Source of the DNA: OCS155 cluster bacterium AG-333-G23
GTDB lineage: Bacteria; Actinomycetota; Acidimicrobiia; Actinomarinales; Actinomarinaceae
Reading direction: 5' to 3'
DNA length: 64,000 nucleotides
Assembly: GCA_003282445.1 (NCBI GenBank)
Contig: QBZE01000005.1
Location: 14,172-78,171, forward strand
Shown: one piece after another, positions 1-9,723 of the stretch
Layout of the letters: each line of letters begins with the position of its first letter
How positions within the stretch are numbered: position 1 is the stretch's first letter
Position numbers and translations under genes: made by a program
Notes under the pieces: model-generated
Seen by the model: the letters and a program-made list of their open reading frames with translations, nothing else
Databases searched by the model: none
What the model was told of the DNA's origin: nothing

Positions 1-94
1 CTTCACCAATAGGCGATAAGATTTTAGGAGTATTTCCTAAAACACTTTTCATTCTTTGGCCTTCTCCACCAGCAATGACAACTGCCTGCAACAT
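1..94 (-). CDS. Sugar-1-phosphate nucleotidyltransferase (HddC/ManC-like), first 31 codons only; the gene continues left of the window
   Basis: The reverse complement has ATG at 94..92 and reads MLQAVVIAGGEGQRMKSVLGNTPKILSPIGE. This is the GGxGxR nucleotide-binding loop of NTP_transferase enzymes. It is absent from the ORF track because the window edge truncates it. Confidence 0.55.
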   Translation of the reverse strand, partial: MLQAVVIAGGEGQRMKSVLGNTPKILSPIGE

Positions 95-122
95 ATAGAA
101 TTATGATAGTATATTAACTATA

Positions 123-698
123 TTGAATTTACTTAAAAATTACTTAACTGTTATAAATGAAGCGATTGCAGAATCAGATTTATATGCAATTGATACCTTG
201 TATCGTAACCTAAAAGAGAGAATTGGAACTTCAAATAGAATTTTTTTTGTCGGTAACGGAGGAAGTGCCTCAGTCGCTACACATGCAGTCACTGATTTAT
301 CAAAATTGAATTTGGATGAAAACAGGCTTGTGGCAATATCTTTAAATGATAATGTTCCTTTACTAACCGCCACTGCAAATGACTACGGTTATGAAAATAT
401 ATATACAGAAATTATAAAAAATTATGAGCCAACATCGAAGGATCTTTTGATAGCTATTTCTTCTTCAGGCAATAGCAGTAATGTCCTAAACATTGTTGAA
501 TTTTGCAACAATATAAATATGGAAACTTTTGCTTTGATTGGTTTTGATGGGGGGAAGTTGAAAAAGCTTGCTAAAAACTCCATTCATATTAAAACTAAAA
601 AAGATTACTATGGACCAGTCGAAGATTCTCACATGATTATATTTCATCTCTTTGTCCATATTATAAAAAATGATATTTCAGAATTAAAAGATGTCTAA
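123..698 (+). CDS. gmhA: SIS-domain sedoheptulose-7-phosphate isomerase
   Basis: 191 aa with a TTG start. FFVGNGGSASVATH and LIAISSSGNSSNV match GmhA-type SIS isomerases. Neighbours are an HddA-like kinase and an HddC-like transferase. Confidence 0.75.
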   Translation: MNLLKNYLTVINEAIAESDLYAIDTLYRNLKERIGTSNRIFFVGNGGSASVATHAVTDLSKLNLDENRLVAISLNDNVPLLTATANDYGYENIYTEIIKNYEPTSKDLLIAISSSGNSSNVLNIVEFCNNINMETFALIGFDGGKLKKLAKNSIHIKTKKDYYGPVEDSHMIIFHLFVHIIKNDISELKDV

Positions 699-1389
699 TA
701 GAGTAGATTTTGTATTTAATGCTTTCAATGAGATAGAAACAATAGAAAACGACATTTCTGAAATATTTACTGTTGTAAAAGAACTCCAAACTGAATCAAA
801 GATAATTATTGCTGAAGACGGAAGTACAGATGGAACTTCGGAAAAATTACTTCAACTAAAATCAAAATTTAATCTTACTCTTTCTCAAACAAAAGAAAGA
901 AGAGGATATTCAAAAGCTTTAATAGATGGGATATCCTTATCTAAAGCAGATATTATTTTTTTTTCAGATATGGGTTCAAAATTTAACTGGAGTGATATTA
1001 AAAAAATAGTTCAATTTGGAGAAAGGGATGTATTAGTAATTGGGGTTAGGGTAAACAGAACAGACCCATTGTATCGCCAAGTTCTCACAAAAATGTATTC
1101 GGTATTTATTAAGTCCTTTTATGGTTACAGTTTTCGTGATCCCGATAGTGGATTTAGAGTATATGATAGAAATACACTCAATAAAATTATTGAGCATGGA
1201 CTTATAAATAACCATTTATTAAATTCTGAAATTGGAATTAGATGTTTGGCGATGGGAAATAGACTCATTGAGGTTGATATTAATTACAAAAATAGAAATG
1301 ATTCTTCAAGAGGTCTACCTGTAAAAATAATTCCAAAGGTAATTCTAAGTACCATCCAAAATGCATATAAAATAAGAAAAGACCTATAA
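691..1389 (+). CDS. Family-2 glycosyltransferase (DPM1/GtrB-like)
   Basis: 232 aa, overlapping gmhA by 8 nt. VDFVFNAFNE and IIIAEDGSTDGT are typical GT-A/GT2 N-terminal motifs. Confidence 0.75.
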   Translation: MSNRVDFVFNAFNEIETIENDISEIFTVVKELQTESKIIIAEDGSTDGTSEKLLQLKSKFNLTLSQTKERRGYSKALIDGISLSKADIIFFSDMGSKFNWSDIKKIVQFGERDVLVIGVRVNRTDPLYRQVLTKMYSVFIKSFYGYSFRDPDSGFRVYDRNTLNKIIEHGLINNHLLNSEIGIRCLAMGNRLIEVDINYKNRNDSSRGLPVKIIPKVILSTIQNAYKIRKDL

Positions 1390-1393
1390 AATT

Positions 1394-2686
1394 ATGAAAA
1401 ATATTGGCATTTTAGGCGGAGGGATATCAAGTCTGGCTTATTCATATTTTCTGGGTAAGAAAACTACAATTATTGAAAAAGAATCATCCCTTGGAGGATT
1501 GTGTAGATCTTTTGACGATAATGATGGGGTCTCATGGGATATAGGCCCACATATAACTTTTTCTAAAAATAAAGAAATTTTAGATTTCATAACTTCACTA
1601 GCCCCCATGAACAAACTTAAAAGATCTAATAGAGTTTTTCATGATGGAAGATTTGTGAAATATCCCTTTGAAAATGATTTGTTTGCTTTAAGTAATTCAG
1701 ATAAAAGATACGCACTCAACTCTTTCCTTGAAAATCCTTATGAAAATTATAAACCAAAAAATATGCTCGATTTCTTTTACAGTACTTTCGGTGAAGGTAT
1801 AACAAGATTATTTTTAGAACCATATAATCGTAAAATATGGAAGTATGAAACTTCATTTCTTGATCTTCAAATGGTTGAGCGAATTCCAAAGCCTCCAAAA
1901 CAAGACATAATAGATAGTGCAAGTGGTAAAGAAACCGAAGGATACCTACATCAATTATTCTTTCATTACCCAGAAGTTGGTGGATTCCAAACAATAGTAG
2001 ACTCCCTGGAAAAGAAAATAAATCCTAAGCCTGATATACATCTAAATGAAGAGATCGTTAGTATCTCAAAAAATAAAAATAAGCATATTGTTGAAACAAC
2101 ATTATCACAATATGAATTTGATAAATTAGTTTCAACTTTACCAATACACGAATTAATTAAAATGATTAAACCTTCTCCCCCAAAAGAAGTTCTAAACGCT
2201 ATAGCAAAATTAAAATACAATTCAATCCACATAACTAGTCTTAAAATAAAAGGAGACGTCTTAGGAGATAACTTTGCTATTACTATTGCAGACCCAAAGA
2301 TTATTTTTCATAGGGTGTCTAAACTCAATTTTCTTGGGAAAAATTACTACAAAGATGGGTTTACTAATTTAATGGTCGAGGTTACTTTTAGAAAAGATAT
2401 GCCGGAAGATATACCGATTGACGAGCTAGAAGACCGGATTAAAAGTGATCTTTTTAAGTTAAAATTTTTTAGTCCGAAAGATTTAGTTGAAATTAATACA
2501 CGTACATTTAAATACGCATATGTAATTTATGATCTTGATCACAGAAGAAACACAGATACTGTTCTGAATTATTTAAAATCTATAAACATAGAGCCATTAG
2601 GAAGGTTTGGCACATTTGAATATATAAATTCTGACAAAGCTATAGAACTTGCTAAAGAACTGGCAGAAAAAATGAAAACAGAATGA
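1394..2686 (+). CDS. FAD/NAD(P)-binding oxidoreductase (amine-oxidase / UDP-galactopyranose-mutase-like fold)
   Basis: 430 aa. It has an N-terminal dinucleotide-binding fold, GILGGGISSLAYSYFL...IIEKESSLGG. The substrate cannot be inferred. Confidence 0.6.
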   Translation: MKNIGILGGGISSLAYSYFLGKKTTIIEKESSLGGLCRSFDDNDGVSWDIGPHITFSKNKEILDFITSLAPMNKLKRSNRVFHDGRFVKYPFENDLFALSNSDKRYALNSFLENPYENYKPKNMLDFFYSTFGEGITRLFLEPYNRKIWKYETSFLDLQMVERIPKPPKQDIIDSASGKETEGYLHQLFFHYPEVGGFQTIVDSLEKKINPKPDIHLNEEIVSISKNKNKHIVETTLSQYEFDKLVSTLPIHELIKMIKPSPPKEVLNAIAKLKYNSIHITSLKIKGDVLGDNFAITIADPKIIFHRVSKLNFLGKNYYKDGFTNLMVEVTFRKDMPEDIPIDELEDRIKSDLFKLKFFSPKDLVEINTRTFKYAYVIYDLDHRRNTDTVLNYLKSINIEPLGRFGTFEYINSDKAIELAKELAEKMKTE

Positions 2687-3627
2687 AAACACATCTTATT
2701 ACTGGAGCTGCAGGGTTTATTGGTAGCTATTTAGCTAAATATTTACTCCAAGAAGGCGATACTGTATTAGGTGTCGATAATTTCACTTTAGGTAAAAATG
2801 AAACAGTCTATCAATTAAAACAATTTGATACATTTAAATTCATAGAATTAGATTTATCTTCTGAAAGTTCTGTTGAAGTGCTGATTAAAGAATTTCATTA
2901 TGAAAAAATTGATGTTGTTTGGCATATGGCAGCTAATTCTGATATCAGGGGGTATATAAATGGACCTCAAGTTGACATAAACAATACTTTGATGACAACA
3001 GTCAATATATCTAAATTTGTAGATAAAAGAAATATAGATACAATAGTTTTTGCGTCTTCTTCAGCTGTTTTGGGGTCTAGCAATCGTCCATTGCGGGAAA
3101 ATGATGGGCCAGCTTTACCACAATCTTACTACGGTGCAATGAAGCTAGCTTCAGAGGGATATATCTCAGCTACAAAATCATACTTTTTAAAGAATTACTA
3201 CATTTTTAGATTTCCAAATGTGGTTGGTCCGAATATGACACATGGCGTAATATTTGATTTCATAGAAAAGCTTAAAGTAAACAATTCAAAGCTAGATGTG
3301 CTTGGAGATGGTAACCAAAGAAAACCTTACATTCATGTAGAAGACTTAACTTCAGGAATGCTGCACTATATTGAAAAAAATTTAAGTAATGAAATTTTTA
3401 ATATAACGCCTAATGACAGCGGAATAAAAGTAAAGCGTATTGCAGAACTTGTTTCAGAGGAGTTAGGGGTCAGTCCTAAAATTAATTATGAAAATAAAGA
3501 ATATGGATGGTTGGGTGATGTAACAAATTACTCATACGATAATTCAAAACAACTTTCTAATGGTTGGTCTCCAAAATTTTCAACAGAAGAAGCAATAAAA
3601 AAATCTATAAAAGAAAACTTAATCTAG
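2683..3627 (+). CDS. NAD-dependent nucleotide-sugar epimerase/dehydratase (extended SDR)
   Basis: 314 aa with a 4-nt overlap with the upstream gene. It carries ITGAAGFIGSYL and the catalytic YGAMK (YxxxK). Confidence 0.8.
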   Translation: MKTHLITGAAGFIGSYLAKYLLQEGDTVLGVDNFTLGKNETVYQLKQFDTFKFIELDLSSESSVEVLIKEFHYEKIDVVWHMAANSDIRGYINGPQVDINNTLMTTVNISKFVDKRNIDTIVFASSSAVLGSSNRPLRENDGPALPQSYYGAMKLASEGYISATKSYFLKNYYIFRFPNVVGPNMTHGVIFDFIEKLKVNNSKLDVLGDGNQRKPYIHVEDLTSGMLHYIEKNLSNEIFNITPNDSGIKVKRIAELVSEELGVSPKINYENKEYGWLGDVTNYSYDNSKQLSNGWSPKFSTEEAIKKSIKENLI

Positions 3628-4586
3628 TCTTGGTATACAATTTGTGAACCTGTGTTATCGAATCTAAAATCTTGAAAACTTTCACCTGAAAGAGTTGATA
3701 TTTTTTTGGGTTCGCCAATAAGCAATAAATAACCTCCTCCTCCAGCTCCCAGTAACTTGGATCCATATATTCCACCCTGAGAAAGTAAATCTTTGTTCAT
3801 TTTATCAATTTGATTATTTGTGACGCTTTTAGATAATTTTTTCTTAACTTCCCAGTTTTCGGTCAATATTTCACCCATTTTTTTGATATTAAGATCTTTG
3901 AGCGCATCTTCCATTGGTTTGACTAAAGATACTATCTCATGTACATAATCTTTATTTACTTTTTGTTTTAATCCCTTTTTTTGATCATTAAGAATATCCG
4001 AAGCATTTCTTGAAATATTTGTTTTATAAAGAACCATACAAGAATTCAAATAATTAAATCCATTATTACTTAAACTCAATTGTTTTACTCTCACTGAGTC
4101 ATTTTTGTTAAATATAATTTTATTAAAACCACCGAATGCAGTTGCGTATTGATCTTGTTTACCAATAGGTTCATTTAAGATATTCAACTCAACTTTACAT
4201 GCCAATTTAGCTAGATCTGATTTTGATAAATTTTGATTATGATAATTTGCTAGGCCATTGATTAAACCCACTGTATACGCACTTGATGATGCCAAACCAG
4301 TTCCTTTTGGAATGTCTGCAATGCTATTTATATCAAGTCCTTCAATACCATAAATTTCAGATATTGCTTTTACAATTGGGTGTTTAATTTCTTTTTTATT
4401 TTTAACAATCTCTGTTTTTGAGTATTTGATTTGTATTTCGCTGGCTGAATACTTGTGAATAAAGTGATACATATATTTGTTTATTGAAGTGGATATAACT
4501 TTTCCTCCAAATTCTTTATAATATTCAGGTAAATCTGAGGTTCCTCCTATAAGAGAGATTCTAAAGGGTGTTCTGACGCCAATCAT
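3624..4586 (-). CDS. hddA: GHMP-family sugar kinase, D-glycero-D-manno-heptose-7-phosphate kinase-like
   Basis: 320 aa. RTPFRISLIGGTSDLPEYY and PKGTGLASSSA (GHMP motif II) resemble HddA. It is co-located with gmhA and the nucleotidyltransferase fragment. Confidence 0.7.
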   Translation of the reverse strand: MIGVRTPFRISLIGGTSDLPEYYKEFGGKVISTSINKYMYHFIHKYSASEIQIKYSKTEIVKNKKEIKHPIVKAISEIYGIEGLDINSIADIPKGTGLASSSAYTVGLINGLANYHNQNLSKSDLAKLACKVELNILNEPIGKQDQYATAFGGFNKIIFNKNDSVRVKQLSLSNNGFNYLNSCMVLYKTNISRNASDILNDQKKGLKQKVNKDYVHEIVSLVKPMEDALKDLNIKKMGEILTENWEVKKKLSKSVTNNQIDKMNKDLLSQGGIYGSKLLGAGGGGYLLLIGEPKKISTLSGESFQDFRFDNTGSQIVYQD

Positions 4587-4672
4587 CTATAAATAAAATT
4601 GTAGCATTGATTTGCAAAGAAGAATTTCCTTAAACAGTAACTTATTCAAAATTTGTAAATTAACATTAACTG

Positions 4673-6349
4673 GTGAATATTATAATTTTTATATTCTTAA
4701 ATATTTTTCTCTATCTTCTTGGAAGAAGTTTCGTTTTATTATTAATAAAATTATCCAGATCAAACAAAAAAATAAACGATATTAAAGTTTTTGATACATC
4801 CTTAGATGTATTTTTACCGGTTATCTCTCTATTTTTTTTAGGGAACATAGTTCTTCTAAGTAATTTTATCTTTTCTTTTAATGAGATAAGAGATCTTTTT
4901 AATATTTTCTTATTTATTTTACTTGCAATCAATCTACTAGAAAAACCAAAGATAAAATTTGATCTCTATTTTGTATTTTCCTTCTTTATTATTCCTTTTT
5001 TATTTTCATTAAGTGCATACGATGTATGGTTTCATTTTGATGCTAAAGATTATCATTTAAATGCACAAAACTACATTAAAGAATCAAAAATCATCATTGG
5101 CTTATCAAATCTTTATCTTGGTTACGGATGGTCAACTATACACGAATATATATCTGTAAATTTTTGGTCAGGTGAGAACTTTATTGGTTTACATTTTTTA
5201 AATCTTGTTTACTTTGTAACAGTATTTAATTTTTTTACTTTTCACTTGTACTATAAAAGAAATATAATCTTCAAAAATACAGGTTTATTCTTTCTAATCT
5301 ACGGTTTTTTAGATAATTTTGGTTTTGGTGGGGGGAATAATGGATTTATCCAAATACAATCCGTTGGGAAGCCAGATGTTGCGTTTGGGATTTTATTTTT
5401 TTTAATTAACTTAATGTTGTTAGCTAAAATCTTGGAAGATAAATTTGAATTTAATGATTTAATATTTATTTCATATTCAACCTTTTTTGCTTTTCAAAAT
5501 AGAATTTCGGGTATATACCTTTCTCCACTTTTCTTCTATTTCCTTTACAGATATCTAAAAACTAATGAGACTAGTTTGTATACTTATTTAAAAAAAATTA
5601 AAGTGTTATTTTTTTTACTTACAGCTTGGGTAGTAAAAAACTTATTAATTACAAGCTGTTTGATTTTCCCAATTAGTTTTACATGTTTCAATACTTTTTC
5701 GTGGTCCTTGAATAAAACTGAATTAGAAAATTATTATTATATTTTGTCAGTTGTGCAAAATCAGAGAATCATTTTGTCTTCTAGTGAAGAATTTCTCGAC
5801 TGGGCTAATCATTGGTTTAATCATGCTTACAATTCAAGAATAATATTGAATTTTATCATATCATTTTTTGTTATATTCATTGTTAATAAATTTATTTATA
5901 AATATGAATATAAGATTTTTAAAAATAATTTAAAACTCTCTTTATACTTCCTCTTTCTAATTGGAATTTGGTTCATTACAGCTCCTGTTGTTAGATATGG
6001 ATTTGGTATTTTTCTACTAATAACTTCATCAATTTATCTATTTAATTATCCTAAAGAAGATAGATATAAATTTCTTTCTAGTAATTTACTAATCTTTTCT
6101 TTGCTGTTTATAACTGCATTATCTGTCCCAAGATTTTATAATTTAACAAGTTTTATTAAAGATCCTTTAAATATTACTGAATTACATATAGAAAATTATG
6201 ATTTCAGAAAAGTAGATAATTCATTTACTTTTTCGCCAACAAATAACGATAATTTTTGTTGGGTCAAGCAGTATTGTATAAGGGAAAACAAGAAACACAC
6301 TCTAAATATATCAAATGGATACACTGTGATATCAGAAAATAATAACTAA
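4673..6349 (+). CDS. Polytopic membrane protein, Wzy/O-antigen-polymerase-like (tentative)
   Basis: 558 aa with a GTG start. It has more than 10 hydrophobic segments rich in F/I/L/Y and lies inside the glycan cluster. No diagnostic motif was recognised. Confidence 0.45.
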   Translation: MNIIIFIFLNIFLYLLGRSFVLLLIKLSRSNKKINDIKVFDTSLDVFLPVISLFFLGNIVLLSNFIFSFNEIRDLFNIFLFILLAINLLEKPKIKFDLYFVFSFFIIPFLFSLSAYDVWFHFDAKDYHLNAQNYIKESKIIIGLSNLYLGYGWSTIHEYISVNFWSGENFIGLHFLNLVYFVTVFNFFTFHLYYKRNIIFKNTGLFFLIYGFLDNFGFGGGNNGFIQIQSVGKPDVAFGILFFLINLMLLAKILEDKFEFNDLIFISYSTFFAFQNRISGIYLSPLFFYFLYRYLKTNETSLYTYLKKIKVLFFLLTAWVVKNLLITSCLIFPISFTCFNTFSWSLNKTELENYYYILSVVQNQRIILSSSEEFLDWANHWFNHAYNSRIILNFIISFFVIFIVNKFIYKYEYKIFKNNLKLSLYFLFLIGIWFITAPVVRYGFGIFLLITSSIYLFNYPKEDRYKFLSSNLLIFSLLFITALSVPRFYNLTSFIKDPLNITELHIENYDFRKVDNSFTFSPTNNDNFCWVKQYCIRENKKHTLNISNGYTVISENNN

Positions 6350-6406
6350 ATTATATAAAATAAACTTAATAAAGTTTAATTTATAACAAATATTATATTA
6401 TTAAGG

Positions 6407-7147
6407 ATGAGCACACTCGTTTCAGTAGTCATTCCAACCTTCAACAGGTATTTCTATCTAATAAATGCAGTCAATAGTGTTTTAAATCAATCATTTAAAA
6501 ACATTCAAATTATAGTAATTAATGATGGCTCTACTCAAGAAGAGTACTACAAGTATTCACTACCGAAAAATGTCCAGCAGATTAATTTAAAACAAAACCA
6601 AAAAGAAATCAATGGATTCTCATCAGATGCAATAAGAAATTTTGGAATTGAAGTTGCAGAAAGCAAATATGTTGCATTTTTAGATGATGATGATATATGG
6701 CTAGAGAATAAATTAGAATCTCAAATTGATGCAATGTCAAAGGGAAGAAGCAATTTTTCTTCTACTGATGGATTTGTAGGACATGGAATTTATAACAAAA
6801 AAAAGAATTACAAATTATACAATGAAGAATATTATTATAAATTAATTTCCAGGAAATATAAAAATACAGAATTTGTCGAAAAAAAGTTATTTAGCAAAAA
6901 ATTTTACTACCCGGAGAAGTTTAATTCAAGATTTATAAATATTCATAATTGTATAATTACGTCAAGTGTAGTTGTCGAAACAAATCTTATAAAACAAGTT
7001 GGGATGTTCAACAAAGCTCTACCTAATGGAAAAGGTGACTATGATTGTTGGAAAAAAATACTTAAACATTCCGAGTGCACATATGTTGCAGAACCACTAA
7101 TTTATTATGATTTGTCTCACGGAGATGGTCAAAATTATAAAGATTAA
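6407..7147 (+). CDS. Family-2 glycosyltransferase
   Basis: 246 aa. VSVVIPTFNR...IIVINDGS and the DDDD acidic motif (FLDDDDIW) are typical of GT2. Confidence 0.8.
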   Translation: MSTLVSVVIPTFNRYFYLINAVNSVLNQSFKNIQIIVINDGSTQEEYYKYSLPKNVQQINLKQNQKEINGFSSDAIRNFGIEVAESKYVAFLDDDDIWLENKLESQIDAMSKGRSNFSSTDGFVGHGIYNKKKNYKLYNEEYYYKLISRKYKNTEFVEKKLFSKKFYYPEKFNSRFINIHNCIITSSVVVETNLIKQVGMFNKALPNGKGDYDCWKKILKHSECTYVAEPLIYYDLSHGDGQNYKD

Positions 7148-7159
7148 TTGATTGGCCAA

Positions 7160-7900
7160 TCACAATCTAATAATTCTTAATTTTATTAATAATGACAGAA
7201 ACCAAAAATAGCCCCTAATTCCTTGAATTTTGTTACGAATATTAAAATATAATATTTGAAATGCTGATAATTGATTTTGTTTTAAATAAAAAGCATCTCC
7301 CCATGGAATTGTTTGTTTCCTCCAAAAAGTTTCGACTCTTAAAAAATTAAATTTTTTTAAATATTTATCTAAATCTTTAACTAAGACACAGTCTTTATAC
7401 AGTTCTTTCCTATTAACTTCTGTTTTTATATATTTTATTTCATCAAGATTGACAAAGCCTTTCAATACTTCTAATTCATAACCCTGCACATCAATATTTA
7501 AATAATCAACATTATCAATATTTAAATCACTGAATTTTTTAATTACAATTTCTTCTGTGCCTTTAAAAGTTATACGTGGATGGAGATCAAGATGTTCTTT
7601 TGGTTCTAATATTGAAGAACTCATATTGTTATTATTATCATTAGTATAAATATTCAAATGTTTATTTTCACTTCCTAAAGCAAAATTATAGAAAAATATA
7701 TTGGTGTTATTACAAAACTTTTCTTTAAGTAAATTAAATGGAATTTTTTGTGGCTCGAAGCAGTGTATTGATATATTTGGAAAGCAATTTAACATATCAG
7801 GAAGTTCTTGACCTTCATTTGCACCAATATAACATATGCCTTCAGGGCTAAATTTAAACTTTTTAATTAATTTATTGTTTGAAATCATGTGGCCAGTCAT
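7160..7900 (-). CDS. FkbM-family methyltransferase
   Basis: 246 aa. YIGANEGQE...IHCFEPQ...NFALGSE follows the FkbM SAM-methyltransferase pattern. Confidence 0.7.
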   Translation of the reverse strand: MTGHMISNNKLIKKFKFSPEGICYIGANEGQELPDMLNCFPNISIHCFEPQKIPFNLLKEKFCNNTNIFFYNFALGSENKHLNIYTNDNNNNMSSSILEPKEHLDLHPRITFKGTEEIVIKKFSDLNIDNVDYLNIDVQGYELEVLKGFVNLDEIKYIKTEVNRKELYKDCVLVKDLDKYLKKFNFLRVETFWRKQTIPWGDAFYLKQNQLSAFQILYFNIRNKIQGIRGYFWFLSLLIKLRIIRL

Positions 7901-8775
7901 AATTTTTCAACGATTGACTTTATATATTTCGACATATATAAAAAATTAAAATACTTTTCACTTACTTTATCTAAACCATCTTTTAAGCGAAAATATTCTC
8001 CTGATTCAATTAGGTTATTAAGTTTCCTAGGGAGTGATGAAATCTTTCTGCTTTTTAATAGTATTGCAAATTCACTCCAATCAAGAAATTCTATATAAGG
8101 TAGAAAAAATTTATCAGAAATATAAATAGGGACAGTGCCCATTTGTATTGATTCATATAATCTAAAACTTGTTGGGCCATAACCTCTAGGGCAGATTGAA
8201 AAATATGATTCTTTTATTAACTTTTCAAATAATTCTAAATTCTCTTTACTTATTGATGAACTCATTGAGGTAATATTTTTAATATAAAATTTTTCATTAC
8301 TTGTTATACGATCTTCTAGTTTCATTCTTATTTTATGAGTAGGCCTACCAATATATGAAGCAATGTATTTCTTCTCTAAGTCAGCTTTCTTTAAATTTGA
8401 ATCATACAAAAGAGGAAGTGGAATAACTTTAGAATTCTTTCCAAGTTTTGTATTGATAGTGCCTCCCATGCTAAAAATTAAAGTATTCTCTAGCTCAATT
8501 AAAGGCCCTCCTGAATATTGAACTATTGTGAAATATTTTTCTTCGGATTTTAAATTTAATTTTAAATAATTATTTAAGTCTTGAATATCTCTGCCATAGT
8601 TTTGTTTTACTAGGTAATTTGTCCACTGTATTGGTATATATTTTAATGAAGTGTTAAATTCTTGATTCTGAAAATATTCAAAAAAATAAGCCTCAAAATT
8701 TTTTTTCGTATTTAATGAAGGGTATTGTGGTATTGAAAAGTTTAAAAACTCTAAAGGTATTTGGTCATTATTCAT
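7897..8775 (-). CDS. Exostosin (GT47)-like glycosyltransferase
   Basis: 292 aa. The C-terminal FSICPRGYGPTSFRLYESIQMGTVPIYISDKFFLPYIEFLDWSEFAILL matches the exostosin-family signature. Confidence 0.6.
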   Translation of the reverse strand: MNNDQIPLEFLNFSIPQYPSLNTKKNFEAYFFEYFQNQEFNTSLKYIPIQWTNYLVKQNYGRDIQDLNNYLKLNLKSEEKYFTIVQYSGGPLIELENTLIFSMGGTINTKLGKNSKVIPLPLLYDSNLKKADLEKKYIASYIGRPTHKIRMKLEDRITSNEKFYIKNITSMSSSISKENLELFEKLIKESYFSICPRGYGPTSFRLYESIQMGTVPIYISDKFFLPYIEFLDWSEFAILLKSRKISSLPRKLNNLIESGEYFRLKDGLDKVSEKYFNFLYMSKYIKSIVEKL

Positions 8776-8778
8776 AAT

Positions 8779-9567
8779 TTATATATTTAAAATTTCAGCT
8801 TTAAAATAGTTAATAGAGTTTACAATTTTTTCTCCCTCCTTAACCCATGCACTGTCTTCATGCAGCCTATGGTAGTGTGATAAAAATTCAGCTATACAAA
8901 TTTTATTACCTGAGGATAACCAAAAATAAGCCATACCAAAAGAACATGCTGATAATGTTGTTTTTGACAACTCTAAGCCTTTTTCTAAGTTAGACAAATA
9001 TACATCTCTGTAAAAAAATTGATTTCCAGTATTTAATAACCAATCTACATTCTTTTTTAGTAAAAAATTGTTGTTTGTATCAATATAGTCTTTAATAAAG
9101 ACACTATCAAAAATTAGAGACTTATTTAAATATTTAACTTTATACGAAGGCTTAAATATATATTCATATTTATTTTTTTTAAACAAAATTATTTTTGATG
9201 GAATAAACAATTGTTCTTTATCTATAGATTTTATGTCTAAGTTAGAAATTTTATCTAGTGTTTTTTTATTAGCAACATTATCGTGATCCAGTTGATAAAC
9301 AAAATCATTACTTGCTAAAGATACACATTTATATTTATTCTTAAATCCTTCAAGTTTTGATTTATTTTTTTGAATATTTAAGTTTATATCAGAATTCTCA
9401 AGCAAAGATGAGACTAAATTAACAAGTCGACTATATTCTTCTTTGTCGTCGGAATCATCACAAATAATAATCTCATTTACTATCTTATTATCTTTTAATG
9501 AGTTTATTGTGTCCGTAATAAACTTAGAAGAAAAATATGTTGGTATAGCAACAGAGATTTTTTTCAT
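8779..9567 (-). CDS. Family-2-like glycosyltransferase
   Basis: 262 aa. ISVAIPTYFSS...IIICDDSDD is a GT-A type N-terminus. Confidence 0.65.
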   Translation of the reverse strand: MKKISVAIPTYFSSKFITDTINSLKDNKIVNEIIICDDSDDKEEYSRLVNLVSSLLENSDINLNIQKNKSKLEGFKNKYKCVSLASNDFVYQLDHDNVANKKTLDKISNLDIKSIDKEQLFIPSKIILFKKNKYEYIFKPSYKVKYLNKSLIFDSVFIKDYIDTNNNFLLKKNVDWLLNTGNQFFYRDVYLSNLEKGLELSKTTLSACSFGMAYFWLSSGNKICIAEFLSHYHRLHEDSAWVKEGEKIVNSINYFKAEILNI

Positions 9568-9723
9568 AAATTTTCCTACCTATTTAAATAAAATTAATAC
9601 TTAAATTATAAGTTATGTTTTAAGAAAAGAAATCACAAAGAAAAATTAAATTTAGTTCAATAAAATAGATCCCATTAATATATTTTAAATTTCACTAAAT
9701 TTGCTTTTTGTGCTCATAGTCCA

